Counted from the stretch's first letter, positions 47,877-61,757 are shown. The stretch: 64,000 bases of DNA from Macrostomum lignano (GCA_002269645.1 NIVC01000421.1:372001-436000), one strand, 5' to 3'. A program made the numbers and translations. The notes: generated by a model from the sequence alone, not told the origin.

Positions 47877-50800
47877 TCAAATCGGTACATCAATGCAGGC
47901 GATGGCGAGTTCGCCGCACAGCGGACAGTCATCCTCCGGCCTGGGCAGCGGACCCACCTGTCCAGCCGAGAGCACAGCAGCTTTGGCGCAGTCCAGATGC
48001 AGGCAGTGGCCGCACGGATAGGCCAGAAAAGTGCCAGTCAGCAGCGGACCGCCGTAGCTGCACGAGCTGGCACTGCAGACTTGACTGGCGCTCACAGTCT
48101 GGCAGGCCATCTTGTTGCTCGCCATACGCGATCGCACGGCCGTGGCGTACTCGGTGCACTTATCCATCCGCTGCCTCAGCGCGTCCATCCGCTCTTTATA
48201 CTGATCCAACGATCTACAGATTGCATCCTTGAAGCTGTCTATGGTGGCAAAGTCAGGAAAAAATGGCAGCACATCTTCGATGCTCAATAAATCCGGACAA
48301 TCGTCCAGGAACTCCATCGCTCTGGGCACGTCTTTCTCTTCTGTGATCACGTGACGCGCCACCATCAGCCAGAGGGCTCGCTTCTCGTCCTGCTCCTGCG
48401 GCAGATTGGCCAAAGACTTCGCCAGGCCGACGTCGAATTCCAGAGCCAAGGCGACACCTTCGCGATAGTGTCCAAGCAGGTGGTGCAGCCGGACGCAGGG
48501 CTTCTTCAGGTTGCTTCGCTGGCACAAATCCAACGCGTATTTGGCATCGAATGGTAGACTAACAGACTGCTGATGCCGGTCAGCAGCTAGCGAGGCCTTC
48601 GCCGAGGCGGTTTCGATGTACGTTACTAAGCGGCCCGGATACGACTCGGCATAAATGTGCAACAGCAGATTGTGCAGAGGCTTGTACTCACTTCTCAGTG
48701 TGTTGACTGCGTACTCCAGGTATCTGGAAGAGCCAGTTAATGAGTCAGTCAGTTGGTGAGTGAGTGAGTCAATGAGTGAGTCAGTGAGTGAGTGAGTGAG
48801 TGAGTGAGTGAGTGAGTGAATGAGTGAGTCAGTGAGTGAGTGAGTGAGTGAGTAGTGAGTGAGTGAGTGAGTGAGTCAGTGAGTGAGTGAGTGAGTGAGT
48901 GAGTGAGTGAGTGAGTGAGTGAGTCAATGAGTGAGTGAGTGAGTGAGTGAGTGAGTCAGTGAGTGAGTGAGTGAGTGAGTGAGTGAGTGAGTGAGTGAGT
49001 CAGTGAGTGAGTGAGTGAGTGAGTGAATGAGTGAGTCAGTGAGTGAGTGAGTGAGTGAGTGAGTGAGTGAGTGAGTGAGTCAATGAGTGAGTGAGTGAGT
49101 GAGTGAGTGAGTGAGTGAGTGAGTGAGTCAATGAGTGAGTGAGTGAGTGAGAGAGTGAGTGAGTGAGTGAGTGAGTGAGTGAGTGAGTGAGTGAGGCAGT
49201 AAGTGAGTGAGTCAGTGAGTCAGTGAGTGAGTGAGTGAATGAGTGAGTCAGTGAGTGAGTGAGTGAGTGAGTGAGTGAGTCAGTGAGAGAGTGAGTGAGT
49301 GAGTGAGTGAGTGAGGCAGTAAGTGAGTGAGTCAGTGAGTCAGTGAGTGAGTCAGTGAGTCAGTGAGACAGTAAACAGGATAAACATAATAAATAAATCA
49401 ATGAGCAACTCACCGAAGCGCCTGATCCCTAGGCGCGGTGAGGAGAGCTGGCAACAGAAGTCTGGGATCCAGCTTATTGCCCAGACTGATCCAGGAGTCC
49501 ACAGTCTTCTCGGGGACCTGGCTCAGGAGCAGTTGGGCGTGTCGAACGTGCAAAACTGGACACCTGCAAGAGCGAGGGGGAGCAGAAGCAAAAATGAAAC
49601 ACGAAATGAAATTGACACACCTACTGACACAAACTGAAACCCTGACACACATACTGAAACTGACACAACTATTGAACTGAAAGAAATGAAGCTGACCAAA
49701 CTACTGACACACCTACTGACACAAACTGTAACTCTGACACATCTGACATATAATGAATATCTGACACACCTACTGACACCTACTGAATATCTGACACACC
49801 TACTGACACAAACTGTAGCTCTGACACACCTACTGACACAAACTGAATATCTGACACGCCTAGTGTCAAACTGAATGACAACCTACTGACAATCTGACAC
49901 TCGAAACGACACTAGAAAGCTAAAACTTACTAACATGAGAAAATACCCATAACACTCTGCCTGACACAAGAACTGACACAAAAGAGAATTACACACACCT
50001 GGGATGCCTATCAATAGTCTTAAGCGCCTCAGTATAATCCTCATTCTCCAAATAGAACAGCACAATGGAATCCTGATCGTTTAGCAAGCAGGCCAGGTAC
50101 ACCAAGTTCTCCGAATCCGCGTGACTCTGCATCAGCTGATAGATCACGTGACGCAGCCGTTCCAACAGCGGCCTCAACTGCGGCTTAGCCAGAAATCGGC
50201 GAAACTCTTCGCTCTCCAACGCGTAGTCCTGACTGCCCTGACGGCCGCTGTCTCGCCAGGCGCCCAGCTTCTTCAGGTAGAGTTCTGTCAGCCAGATGAG
50301 CAGCACGGCATCCCCGCCGCCGGCACCCGACGCCGAACTCAGGTCGGCATTTAGTCGGCATTTGAGCAGAATTTTCAATCCGTCTACGTCGCCATTCGGA
50401 GCGGAGAGGAACTTCAGCGCCGTGTGCTCGAACGGCCGGTCGCTTTTGCTGAACAGATTGGCGCTGTCAACGAATTTGCCGTTGGCGAAAAATTTCTCGG
50501 CTAGCAGGGCGTACACCTGGGAGCGCTCCGCCTGGCTGGGGCAGCACTGCAGGGCCTGTTCGTGCTGGCCCAGCTGCAGGTAGATGCGCCACGCTAGGCT
50601 GCGCTCGTCACCGATGTCCACCTGGGGTTGTTGGAGATAGATAGATGGATAGATAGATGGATAGATGGATAGATAGATGGATAGATGGATAGATAGATGG
50701 ATAGATAGATGGATAGATGGATAGATAGATAGATGGATAGATAGATAGATAGATAGATGGATAGATAGATGGATAGATAGATAGATAGATAGATAGGTAG

Positions 50801-50975
50801 ATATAGATAGATAGATGGATAGACAGACAGACAGATAGATAGATAGATAGATAGATAAAAGGATAGATAGATAGATAGATGGATAGATAGATGGATGGAT
50901 AGATAGATAGATAGACAGATAGATGGATAGATAGATAGATGGATAGATAGATAGATAGATGGATAGATAGATAGG

Positions 50976-51044
<69 letters not shown>

Positions 51045-51130
51045 GGATAGATAGATAGGTAGATAGGTAGATATATATATATAGATAGATAGATGGATAG
51101 ACAGACAGACAGATAGATAGATAGATAGAT

Positions 51131-51164
<34 letters not shown>

Positions 51165-53822
51165 ATAGATAGATATATAGATAGACAGACAGACAGACAG
51201 ACAGAAGACAGACCGACAGACAGACAGAAGACAGACAGAAGACAGACAGACAGACAGACAGGCAGCCACAATCAGCAATCGCAATCACCTTATACACGCC
51301 AACTTCGGTGAAGGCCCATAGCAGCCTGGCAGAGGAGTCGAAGGCCATGCCCCGGTAGGTCAGCTGGCACCTGTCCTGGGCGTCAACCCTGGACACAGCC
51401 AGCCCATTGAGCAGGCTGTGCACTGCCAGCCGGTCGGTGTACAGAAGCACCACGTGATAATTAAGCGACTCGGCCGTGATTGGAACCTGCGCAGTGAAGA
51501 GAATCATAGAAAAGTGCATGTACTTTTTACGAGATTTAACGCGAGCTATTATAGCGAAGAAACTTGAGTATTATTTTACTTAGGCGGATAGACCGGACTA
51601 AGGAGCGGAGTTAGGGGCGGAAATATTAAGGTTGAGGGGCGGAAGGAGAATTGAGGAACGGATAGAGCGGATTGAAGGGCGGATTGAAGGGCTGATGGGG
51701 CGGATTGAAGGGCGGATGGAGCGGATTGAAGGGCGGATGGGGCGGATTGAAGGGCGGATGGGGCGGATTGAAGGGCGGATGGAGCGGATTGAAGGGCGGA
51801 TGGAGCATGTTGAAGGGCGGATGGGGCGGATTGAAGGGCGGATGGGGCGGATTGAAGGGCGGATGGAGCGGATTGAAGGGCGGATGGGGCGGATTGAAGG
51901 GCGGATGGAGCGGATTGAAGGGCGGATGGAGCGGATTGAAGGGCGGATGGGGCGGATTGAAGGGCGGATGGGGTGGATTGAAGGGAGGATGGAAGATGAA
52001 GCAGATCGAAAAAGAGCGGATTAGAGCACAAAGCGGATAAAGCAAGCAAGCCAGCCTACCTGCTTATTCTCATAGGGCAACAGGATGCATTTGTCAGTGC
52101 AAAAGTTCGGCAGGCCGTGGTCAAGAAAGCCGCAGTAGCAGCCCAGGCCGGACAGCCAGGCCACAGTATAATCCGCCCCTTTAGGCGACGTGCGCAACAA
52201 TTTCAAACAGCTTCGGCCCAAATCTGGCGGATGACTTTTGAAGGGCGGCCCGCCGGCTTCGCTTAAAGCTTTAGCAAAGAGAGGAGCATAGTGAGCAGAT
52301 GAGCCGTCAGCTGTGATAGCCAGCTTGCCTTTGAATTCGTACAGGTGCACAGGAGTGCTGGCCAATAGGAAGTAGCGACGCTTTTTGTTTCGACTGGAGT
52401 CGGCCACGTCGGCTGATTGAATGACGCCCAGTTGAAGGCCGGTGACGGACTTGCCCAGGCTGAACAGCTGGTGACAGTATTGGTCGGCCTGCGGATGTTG
52501 GCAATGCGGAGAATATAGGTTCAAGTAGTGCGGTATGCTCAGGTTAGTGTCTGAGCACTCCCACTAGTATGGGTACTCCAATGGGATCTGAGCACTTTCT
52601 AAACAACCTCAATAGTGCCTAAGCAACCTGAATAGTATCTGAGCACTGTACTCTCAATAGTATCTGAGCACTCTCAATAGTATCTGAGCACTCTCAATAG
52701 TATCTGAGCACCCTCAATAGTATCTGAGCAGCCTCAATAGTATCTGAGCACTCTCAATAGTATCTAAGCACTCTCAATGGTATCTGAGCACTCTCAATAG
52801 TATCTGAGCACTCTCAATAGTATCTGAGCACCCTTGATAGTATCTGAGCACTCACAATAGTATCTGAGCACCCTCAATAGTACATGTATCTGAGCACCCT
52901 TGATAGTATCTGAGCACTCACAATAGTATCTGAGCACCCTCAATAGTACATGTATCTGAGCACTCACAATAGTATCTGAGCACCCTCAATAGTACATGTA
53001 TCTGAGCACTCACAATAGTATCTCAGCATTCTAAATAATATCTGAGCACTTCCACTGGTATCCAAGAGCACATTTTAATTCAGAGCACAATAATGTGAAT
53101 GTTCCGAGTATTATTTTCCGAGTATATCAGCATAAGCACCTCATTAGCATTAGTACTAAAGCACCCTAAATTTACGAGCAAGCAATTATTACACTAATTT
53201 ACATAACCAGACAGACTTTTTTATCATCTCCACCAAGCAGCCCCATAGCGTGTCGCATTCCGCCGCCTCCGCTGCCGCCGCCGGTGCCGCCAGCATCAGC
53301 GAACAGGGCCAACTCGTAGATGTGACCATCGGCCGTGCCAACCAGAATCGGTCCAGTCCCACTGGCACCTTTGCCGCTATAAGCGATTCCATCCTCGCCC
53401 GAAGGGCACCAAGCCACGCTATCCACTAGTTGATTCTTCAGTTTAGCGATGGGTTTAATTGCTATGCCAGCATCTTGATTATGCCTGTTGTTAGACCAGC
53501 AGGCATATAGAACGCAGCCGGACTGCATGCTAGCAATGATGTGGGTACCAGTGGGATCGAAGAACAGACTGTGTAGCCGATCGTCTGAGCCGCCACTCTT
53601 GGCTAAATCTAAGCGTTGCAAAGCTTTGTTATCAGATCGGCGAGTGTCAATGCAGTGCAAATAGTTGCTAGGGAAAGCCATTAGTAACCGACCGGAAGCG
53701 GCTAGCAGGTGAGTAATGGGCAGCGGCGGTTGGAACGCTTCGATTCGTTGAATTCGAAGCAATTGACCCGCTGCTACTTCCAGCTGTTGCTGGTGCTGCT
53801 GTTCCTGCTGCTGGTAGTCCAT
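47877..53822 (-). CDS. VPS18: Vacuolar protein sorting 18 (HOPS/CORVET subunit)
   Basis: Exons 53822-53217, 52488-52060, 51486-51289, 50621-49999, 49563-49414 and 48723-47877 join in frame. Motifs [63 protein letters not shown] and a C-terminal RING (CGHCLHLDC...CPLCGE). Confidence 0.95.
48740..49370. repeat. (GTGA)n microsatellite
   Basis: VPS18 intron 5. Confidence 0.97.
49610..49890. repeat. Degenerate CTGACACACCTACTGACACAAACTG array
   Basis: VPS18 intron 4. Confidence 0.85.
50635..51262. repeat. (GATA/GATG/GACA)n microsatellite
   Basis: Fills nearly all of VPS18 intron 3. Confidence 0.97.
51640..52010. repeat. 21-bp minisatellite GAAGGGCGGATGGRGCGGATT
   Basis: VPS18 intron 2. Confidence 0.95.
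52600..53040. repeat. 20-bp minisatellite AGTATCTGAGCACTCTCAAT
   Basis: VPS18 intron 1. Confidence 0.94.
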
Positions 53823-53864
53823 GGCTGGCTGGGAATGGCAATTTTTGTAGGTTCATTTTTATCT

Positions 53865-54160
53865 ACAGATCTCCAGGTGAGAGTCTTGATTCTCTACAGA
53901 TCTCCAGGTGAGAGTCTTGATTATCTACAGATCTCCAGGTGAGAGTCTTGGTTATCTACAGATCTCCAGGTGAGAGTCTTGATTATCTACGGATCTCCAG
54001 GTGAGAGTCTTGGTTATCTACAGATCTCCAGGTGAGAGTCTTGATTATCTAAAGATCTCCAGGTGAGAGTCTTGATTCTCTACAGATCTCCAGGTGAGAG
54101 TCTTGATTATCTACAGATCTCCAGGTGAGAGTCTTGATTATCTAAAGATCTCCAGGTGAG
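53865..54160. repeat. 31-bp minisatellite CTACAGATCTCCAGGTGAGAGTCTTGATTAT
   Basis: Begins about 45 bp upstream of the VPS18 ATG; partial copy at 57121-57235. Confidence 0.95.
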
Positions 54161-57100
54161 AATTCCACTGATTTTGTGCAGATGAAGATTCTTAACGATT
54201 CCTAGTGGATCTCCAGAGTTACAATATGACGCATATAAGCTACACCAAAATACAAATTAATAAGACACACGGTAGACAAATATCATAAATGGAACGATTG
54301 CTGTTAACTTTGTAATTATATTTAATTAAGAAAAATGCTTACAGAACATATTGTAGCAACAATTGAATTAAAGCATCCCGTGCGCTTTCACTAGAGTCGC
54401 CTAGCTACCAATATTGTGACGAGCAAAGTGTCCCCTACGATACAAGAAGAAATACAGCTAAAATTAGAACAAAAAAGAGAAAAAACTCCCGACAGAAGAT
54501 GGGGGAGGGCTGGGAAGTGACATCAAAGTGCCGATTTTCACCGGCAATTATCTTCCACAAGCTAAAAGAAAAGAAACTTGTTGAAAGACCGCTTCGCATC
54601 GAAGCAAATGCTGCCCCCATCGGACTAAGCATGAGAACAACCAAACTTCCTCCAATTATTAAGTTCCCTAACGTGGACTGACGCAAAACTGGCTTCTACT
54701 ATTTGGGGGCAAACAGGATAGCAGTTTCGATAGAATAACGGCAGATTTGGTGGGGAAAGAGGATGGCAGTTTCGATAGAATAACGGCAGATTTGGTGGGG
54801 AAAGAGGATGGCAGTTTTGGTAGAGAAACGGCAGATTTGGTGGGGAAAGAGGATGGCAGTTTCGATAGAATAACGGCAGATTTGGTGGGGAAAGAGGATG
54901 GCAGTTTCGATAGAATAACGGCAGATTTGGTGGGGAAAGAGGATGGCAGTTTCGATAGAATAACGGCAGATTTGGTGGGGAAAGAGGATGGCAGTTTTGG
55001 TAGAGAAACGGCAGATTTGGTGGGGAAAGAGGATGGCAGTTTCGGTAGAATAACGGCAGATTTGGGGGGAAAGAGGATGGCAGTTTCGGTAGAAGAACGG
55101 CAGATTTGGTGGGGAAAGAGGATGGCAGTTTCGGTAGAATAACGGCAGATTTGGGGGGGAAAGAGGATGGCAGTTTTGGTAGAGAAACGGCAGATTTGGT
55201 GGGGAAAGAGGATGGCAGTTTCGGTAGAATAACGGCAGATTTGGTGGGGAAAGAGGATGGCAGTTTCGATAGAATAACGGCAGATTTGGTGGGGAAAGAG
55301 GATGGCAGTTTCGATAGAATAACGGCAGATTTGGTGGGGAAAGAGGATGGCAGTTTTGGTAGAGAAACGGCAGATTTGGGGGGAAAGAGGATGGCAGTTT
55401 CGGTCGAATAACGGCAGATTTGGGGGGGAAGAGGATGGCAGTTTCGGTAGAATAACGGCAGATTTGGGGGGGGGAAAGAGGATTGCAGTTTCGGTAGAGG
55501 AACAGCAGATTTGGGGGGAAAGAGGATGGCAGTTTCGGTAGAAGAACGGCAGATTTGGTGGGGAAAGAGGATGGCAGTTTCGGTAGAATAACGGCAGATT
55601 TGGGGGGAAGAGGATGGCAGTTTCGGTAGAGGAACAGCAGATTTGGGGGAGAAGAGGATGGCAGTTTCGGTAGAAGAACGGCAGATTTGGTGGGGAAAGA
55701 GGATGGCAGTTTCGGTAGAATAACGGCAGATTTGGGGGGAAGAGGATGGCAGTTTCGGTAGAGGAACAGCAGATTTGGGGGAGAAGAGGATGGCAGTTTC
55801 GGTAGAAGAACGGCAGCTTTTGATGGGGAAAGATGATGGCAGTTTCGGTAGAAGAACGGCAGATTTTGATGGGGAAAGATGATGGCAGTTTTGGTAGAGG
55901 AACGGCAGATTTTGATGGGGAAAGATGATGGCAGTTTCGGTAGAAGAACGGCAGATTTTGATGGGGAAAGATGATGGCAGTTTCGGTAGAAGAACGGCAG
56001 ATTTTGATGGGGAAAGATGATGGCAGTTTTGGTAAAAGAACGGCGGATTTTGATGGGGAAAGATGATGGCAGTTTCAGTAGAAGAACGGCAGATTTTGAT
56101 GGGGAAAGATGATGGCAGTTTCGGTAGAATAACGGCAGATTTTGATGGGGAAAGATGATGGCAGTTTTGGTAGAGGAACGGCAGATTTGGGGGAGAAGAG
56201 GATGGCAGTTTCGGTAGAAGAACGGCAGATTTGGGGGGAAGAGGATGGCAGTTTCGGTAGAATAACGGCAGATTTGGGGGGAAGAGGATGGCAGTTTCGG
56301 TAGAAGAACGGCAGATTTGGTGGGGAAAGAGGATGGCAGTTTCGGTAGAATAACGGCAGATTTGGGGGGAAGAGGATGGCAGTTTCGGTAGAGGAACAGC
56401 AGATTTGGGGGAGAAGAGGATGGCAGTTTCGGTAGAAGAACGGCAGATTTGGTGGGGAAAGAGGATGGCAGTTTCGGTAGAATAACGGCAGATTTGGGGG
56501 GAAGAGGATGGCAGTTTCGGTAGAGGAACAGCAGATTTGGGGGGAGAAGAGGATGGCAGTTTCGGTAGAGGAACGGCAGATTTGGTGGGAAAGAGGATGG
56601 CAGTTTCGGTAGAAGCGCAGATTTGGGGGGAGAAGAGGATGGCAGTTTCGGTAGAGGAACGGCAGATTTGGTGGGAAAGAGGATGGCAGTTTCGGTAGAA
56701 GCGCAGATTTGGGGGGGGAGAAGAGGATGGCAATTTCGGTAGAAGCGCAGATTTGGGGGGAGAAGAGGATGGCAGTTTCGGTAGAAGCGCAGATTTGGGG
56801 GGGAGAAGAGGATGGCAGTTTCGGTAGAGGAACGGCAGATTTGGTGGGAAAGAGGATGGCAGTTTCGGTAGAAGCGCAGATTTGGGGGGGGAGAAGAGGA
56901 TGGCAATTTCGGTAGAAGCGCAGATTTGGGGGGGAGAAGAGGATGGCAATTTCGGTAGAAGGGCAGATTTGGGGGGAAAGAGGATGGCAGTTTCGGTAGA
57001 AGAACGGCAGATTTGGGGGAAGAGGATGGCAGGTTCGAAAGAACGGCAAATTTGAGAAGATGGCAGTTTTGGAAGGCCGGTTAAGGAGGTTCGATATGAT

Positions 57101-60100
57101 ATTTCTACCCAATCTTATTATCTAAAGATCTCCAGGTGAGAGTCTTGATTCTCTACAGATCTCCAGGTGAGAGTCTTGATTATCTACAGATCTCCAGGTG
57201 AGAGTCTTGATTATCTAAAGATCTCCAGGTGAGAATTCCACTGATTTTGTGCAGATGAAGATTCTTAACGATTCCTAGTGGATCTCCAGAGTTACAATAT
57301 GACGCATATAAGCTACACCAAAATACAAATTAATAAGACACACGGTAGACAAATATCATAAATGGAACGATTGCTGTTAACTTTGTAATTATATTTAATT
57401 AAGAAAAATGCTTACAGAACATATTGTAGCAACAATTGAATTAAAGCATCCCGTGCGCTTTCACTAGAGTCGCCTAGCTACCAATATTGTGACGAGCAAA
57501 GTGTCCCCTACGATACAAGAAGAAATACAGCTAAAATTAGAACAAAAAAGAGAAAAAACTCCCGACAGAAGATGGGGGAGGGCTGGGAAGTGACATCAAA
57601 GTGCCGATTTTCACCGGCAATTATCTTCCACAAGCTAAAAGAAAAGAAACTTGTTGAAAGACCGCTTCGCATCGAAGCAAATGCTGCCCCCATCGGACTA
57701 AGCATGAGAACAACCAAACTTCCTCCAATTATTAAGTTCCCTAACGTGGACTGACGCAAAACTGGCTTCTACTATTTGGGGGCAAACAGGATAGCAGTTT
57801 CGATAGAATAACGGCAGATTTGGTGGGGAAAGAGGATGGCAGTTTCGATAGAATAACGGCAGATTTGGTGGGGAAAGAGGATGGCAGTTTTGGTAGAGAA
57901 ACGGCAGATTTGGTGGGGAAAGAGGATGGCAGTTTCGATAGAATAACGGCAGATTTGGTGGGGAAAGAGGATGGCAGTTTCGATAGAATAACGGCAGATT
58001 TGGTGGGGAAAGAGGATGGCAGTTTCGATAGAATAACGGCAGATTTGGTGGGGAAAGAGGATGGCAGTTTTGGTAGAGAAACGGCAGATTTGGTGGGGAA
58101 AGAGGATGGCAGTTTCGGTAGAATAACGGCAGATTTGGGGGGGGAAAGAGGATGGCAGTTTCGGTAGAAGAACGGCAGATTTGGTGGGGAAAGAGGATGG
58201 CAGTTTCGGTAGAATAACGGCAGATTTGGGGGGGAAAGAGGATGGCAGTTTTGGTAGAGAAACGGCAGATTTGGTGGGGAAAGAGGATGGCAGTTTCGGT
58301 AGAATAACGGCAGATTTGGTGGGGAAAGAGGATGGCAGTTTCGATAGAATAACGGCAGATTTGGTGGGGAAAGAGGATGGCAGTTTCGATAGAATAACGG
58401 CAGATTTGGTGGGGAAAGAGGATGGCAGTTTTGGTAGAGAAACGGCAGATTTGGGGGGGAAAGAGGATGGCAGTTTCGGTCGAATAACGGCAGATTTGGG
58501 GGGGAAAGAGGATGGCAGTTTCGGTAGAATAACGGCAGATTTGGGGGGGGGGAAAGAGGATAGCAGTTTCGGTAGAGGAACAGCAGATTTGGGGGGAGAA
58601 GAGGATGGCAGTTTCGGTAGAAGAACGGCAGATTTGGTGGGGAAAGAGGATGGCAGTTTCGGTAGAATAACGGCAGATTTGGGGGGAAGAGGATGGCAGT
58701 TTCGGTAGAGGAACAGCAGATTTGGGGGGAGAAGAGGATGGCAGTTTCGGTAGAAGAACGGCAGATTTGGTGGGGAAAGAGGATGGCAGTTTCGGTAGAA
58801 TAACGGCAGATTTGGGGGGAAGAGGATGGCAGTTTCGGTAGAGGAACAGCAGATTTGGGGGGAGAAGAGGATGGCAGTTTCGGTAGAAGAACGGCAGCTT
58901 TTGATGGGGAAAGATGATGGCAGTTTCGGTAGAAGAACGGCAGATTTTGATGGGGAAAGATGATGGCAGTTTTGGTAGAGGAACGGCAGATTTTGATGGG
59001 GAAAGATGATGGCAGTTTCGGTAGAAGAACGGCAGATTTTGATGGGGAAAGATGATGGCAGTTTCGGTAGAAGAACGGCAGATTTTGATGGGGAAAGATG
59101 ATGGCAGTTTTGGTAAAAGAACGGCGGATTTTGATGGGGAAAGATGATGGCAGTTTCAGTAGAAGAACGGCAGATTTTGATGGGGAAAGATGATGGCAGT
59201 TTCGGTAGAATAACGGCAGATTTTGATGGGGAAAGATGATGGCAGTTTTGGTAGAGGAACGGCAGATTTGGGGGGAGAAGAGGATGGCAGTTTCGGTAGA
59301 AGAACGGCAGATTTGGGGGGAAGAGGATGGCAGTTTCGGTAGAATAACGGCAGATTTGGGGGGAAGAGGATGGCAGTTTCGGTAGAAGAACGGCAGATTT
59401 GGTGGGGAAAGAGGATGGCAGTTTCGGTAGAATAACGGCAGATTTGGGGGGAAGAGGATGGCAGTTTCGGTAGAGGAACAGCAGATTTGGGGGAGAAGAG
59501 GATGGCAGTTTCGGTAGAAGAACGGCAGATTTGGTGGGGAAAGAGGATGGCAGTTTCGGTAGAATAACGGCAGATTTGGGGGGAAGAGGATGGCAGTTTC
59601 GGTAGAGGAACAGCAGATTTGGGGGGAGAAGAGGATGGCAGTTTCGGTAGAGGAACGGCAGATTTGGTGGGAAAGAGGATGGCAGTTTCGGTAGAAGCGC
59701 AGATTTGGGGGGGGAGAAGAGGATGGCAGTTTCGGTAGAGGAACGGCAGATTTGGTGGGAAAGAGGATGGCAGTTTCGGTAGAAGCGCAGATTTGGGGGG
59801 GGAGAAGAGGATGGCAATTTCGGTAGAAGCGCAGATTTGGGGGGGAGAAGAGGATGGCAGTTTCGGTAGAAGCGCAGATTTGGGGGGGGAGAAGAGGATG
59901 GCAGTTTCGGTAGAGGAACGGCAGATTTGGTGGGAAAGAGGATGGCAGTTTCGGTAGAAGCGCAGATTTGGGGGGGGAGAAGAGGATGGCAATTTCGGTA
60001 GAAGCGCAGATTTGGGGGGAGAAGAGGATGGCAATTTCGGTAGAAGGGCAGATTTGGGGGGAAAGAGGATGGCAGTTTCGGTAGAAGAACGGCAGATTTG

Positions 60101-60205
60101 GGGGAAGAGGATGGCAGGTTCGAAAGAACGGCAAATTTGAGAAGATGGCAGTTTTGGAAGGCCGGTTAAGGAGGTTCGATATGATATTTCTACCCAATCT
60201 TATTA
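54048..60205. repeat. Tandem duplication of ~3.07 kb (54048-57120 and 57121-60205)
   Basis: Unique segments 54170-54720 and 57240-57790 look identical. Satellite variants occur in the same order in both copies. ATTA microhomology at the junction. Confidence 0.92.
54715..57060. repeat. 45-bp satellite GGCAGATTTGGTGGGGAAAGAGGATGGCAGTTTCGGTAGAATAAC (second copy 57790-60140)
   Basis: Dimer of ~22-bp GGCAG subunits; source of the 700-800 aa spurious ORFs. Confidence 0.97.
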
Positions 60206-60245
60206 GATTATACACTATCCACATAAACGCCTAAGAAATGCACCA

Positions 60246-61757
60246 TTAAAGCACCCTAGCAACCAGTTTAGCAACCGAATCGTGCAACATCATAGCCTTG
60301 CGCACTCCAGTCTCAATCATCTCCGTCATGGACTCGAACTGTAGCGAGCCTTCGCCGCAAGTCTGGCAGGCCACCAGCCGACCATTCGAATCAACTCCCA
60401 CAGTTACTCTGGCCATCGAGCAGGACTCCTCGAGTTGATTAGCGTCCACAATCTGTTGCGAGCCGATCCGGTGCACGGTGGCAAACAGAGGCAGCGCCTG
60501 GGCAGACAACAGGCTGGCTGGCAAAGCGCGCATCAACGCGGCTGACGCGGCGATACTGGCTGCGTCTAGTAAATCGCCGTCGTAGCCTAGCAACAGGATG
60601 TCAACAAACACTGGAGTCGGGGTGCGCAGGCAGCGGTAGAGGCTGGATAGGTGAGCTTGGGCCTCATCAGCGAGCTGCTGCTGCTCTGGGCCGGAGCCGA
60701 GGCAGCTGCAGTCCACCCACACTGATACTGGATGGCTGACCGGCTGCTGCTGCTGAGCTGCTGCAACTGAGGAAAGGGTTGGGGCGGAAATCAGGTATGG
60801 ATTATGATGAGGGGCGGATATCATGTATGGATGATTATGAGGGGGCGGAAATCAGGCATGGATTATGATGAAGGGCGGATATCATGTATGGATGATTATG
60901 AGGGGGCAGAAATCAGGCATGGATTATGATGAAGGGCGGATATCATGTATGGATGATTATGAGGGGGCGGAAATCAGGTATGGATTATGATGAGGGGCGG
61001 ATATCATGTATGGATGATTATGAGGGGGCGGAAATCAGGTATGGATTATGATGAGGGGCGGATATCATGTATGGATGATTATGAGGGGGGCGGAAATCAG
61101 GTATGGAAGATGGTGAGGGGGCGGAAATCGGGTATGGATTATGGTGAGGGGGCGGAAATCGGGTATGGATGATGGTGAGGGGGCGGAAATCGGGTATGGA
61201 TGATGGTGAGGGGGCGGAAATCGGGTATGGATGATAGTGAGGGGGCGGAAATCGGGTATGGATTATGGTGAGGGGCGGAAATCTGGTATGGATAATAATG
61301 AGGGGGTGGAAATCAGGTATGGATAATAATGAGGGGGTGGAAATCTGGTATGGATAATAATGAGGGGGTGGAAATCTGGTATGGATAATAATGAGGGGGC
61401 GGAAATCAGGTATGGATAATAATGAGGGGGCGGAAATCTGGTATGTGGTTTATGGAAATGAGGAAATGAGGTACAAACGATCAGAGACAGTCATACAACA
61501 CATAGCAGTCATACCAACAGAGCCAGTAGATCCCTGTTGCTGGGCAGTCGCACCGGGATTATCTTCCTCTCGCACAGACACGAGCACGTCTGTCTCCCTA
61601 GGCTGACCTGGGCTGAGGCGGTGGCGTAACATAGCAGGTCGAGTCTGAGCGCGGCCTGCCGATAGGCCAGGCATTGCCGGCCATCGATTCGAACAGCGTC
61701 TTGAACGCTATCGAATATGTACTGCCGCTCCGGCTCGCTTAGCAACTGGGCGGGTAG
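60246..61757 (-). CDS. EXOSC7: Exosome complex component RRP42; no genomic ATG in the first identified exon and an apparent 1-nt frameshift
   Basis: Exons 61757-61515 and 60766-60246. LSEPERQYIFDSVQDAVRIDGR and ASAQVSLG/ETDVLVSV (frame shifts at the CCC at 61596-98), then VWVDCS, VDILLLGYDGDLLDAASIA and QIVDANQLEE. Confidence 0.85.
60780..61440. repeat. ~30-bp minisatellite GGGGCGGAAATCAGGTATGGATTATGATGA, partly as an alternating ~62-bp higher-order unit
   Basis: EXOSC7 intron; runs up to the acceptor's pyrimidine tract. Confidence 0.93.

Noticed and set aside
48740-49370. (GTGA)n as tandem GTGAGT donor sites
   Set aside because: The donor-like reading is antisense to VPS18, so it cannot act on that pre-mRNA.
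54395-54686. Short ORFs (45-83 aa) in the duplicated unique segment
   Set aside because: No recognisable homology or convincing exon structure. Would need RNA-seq support.
54625-60224. Very long ORFs (680-830 aa) on the - strand
   Set aside because: They are translations of the 45-bp satellite, open in several frames at once, with no domain content.
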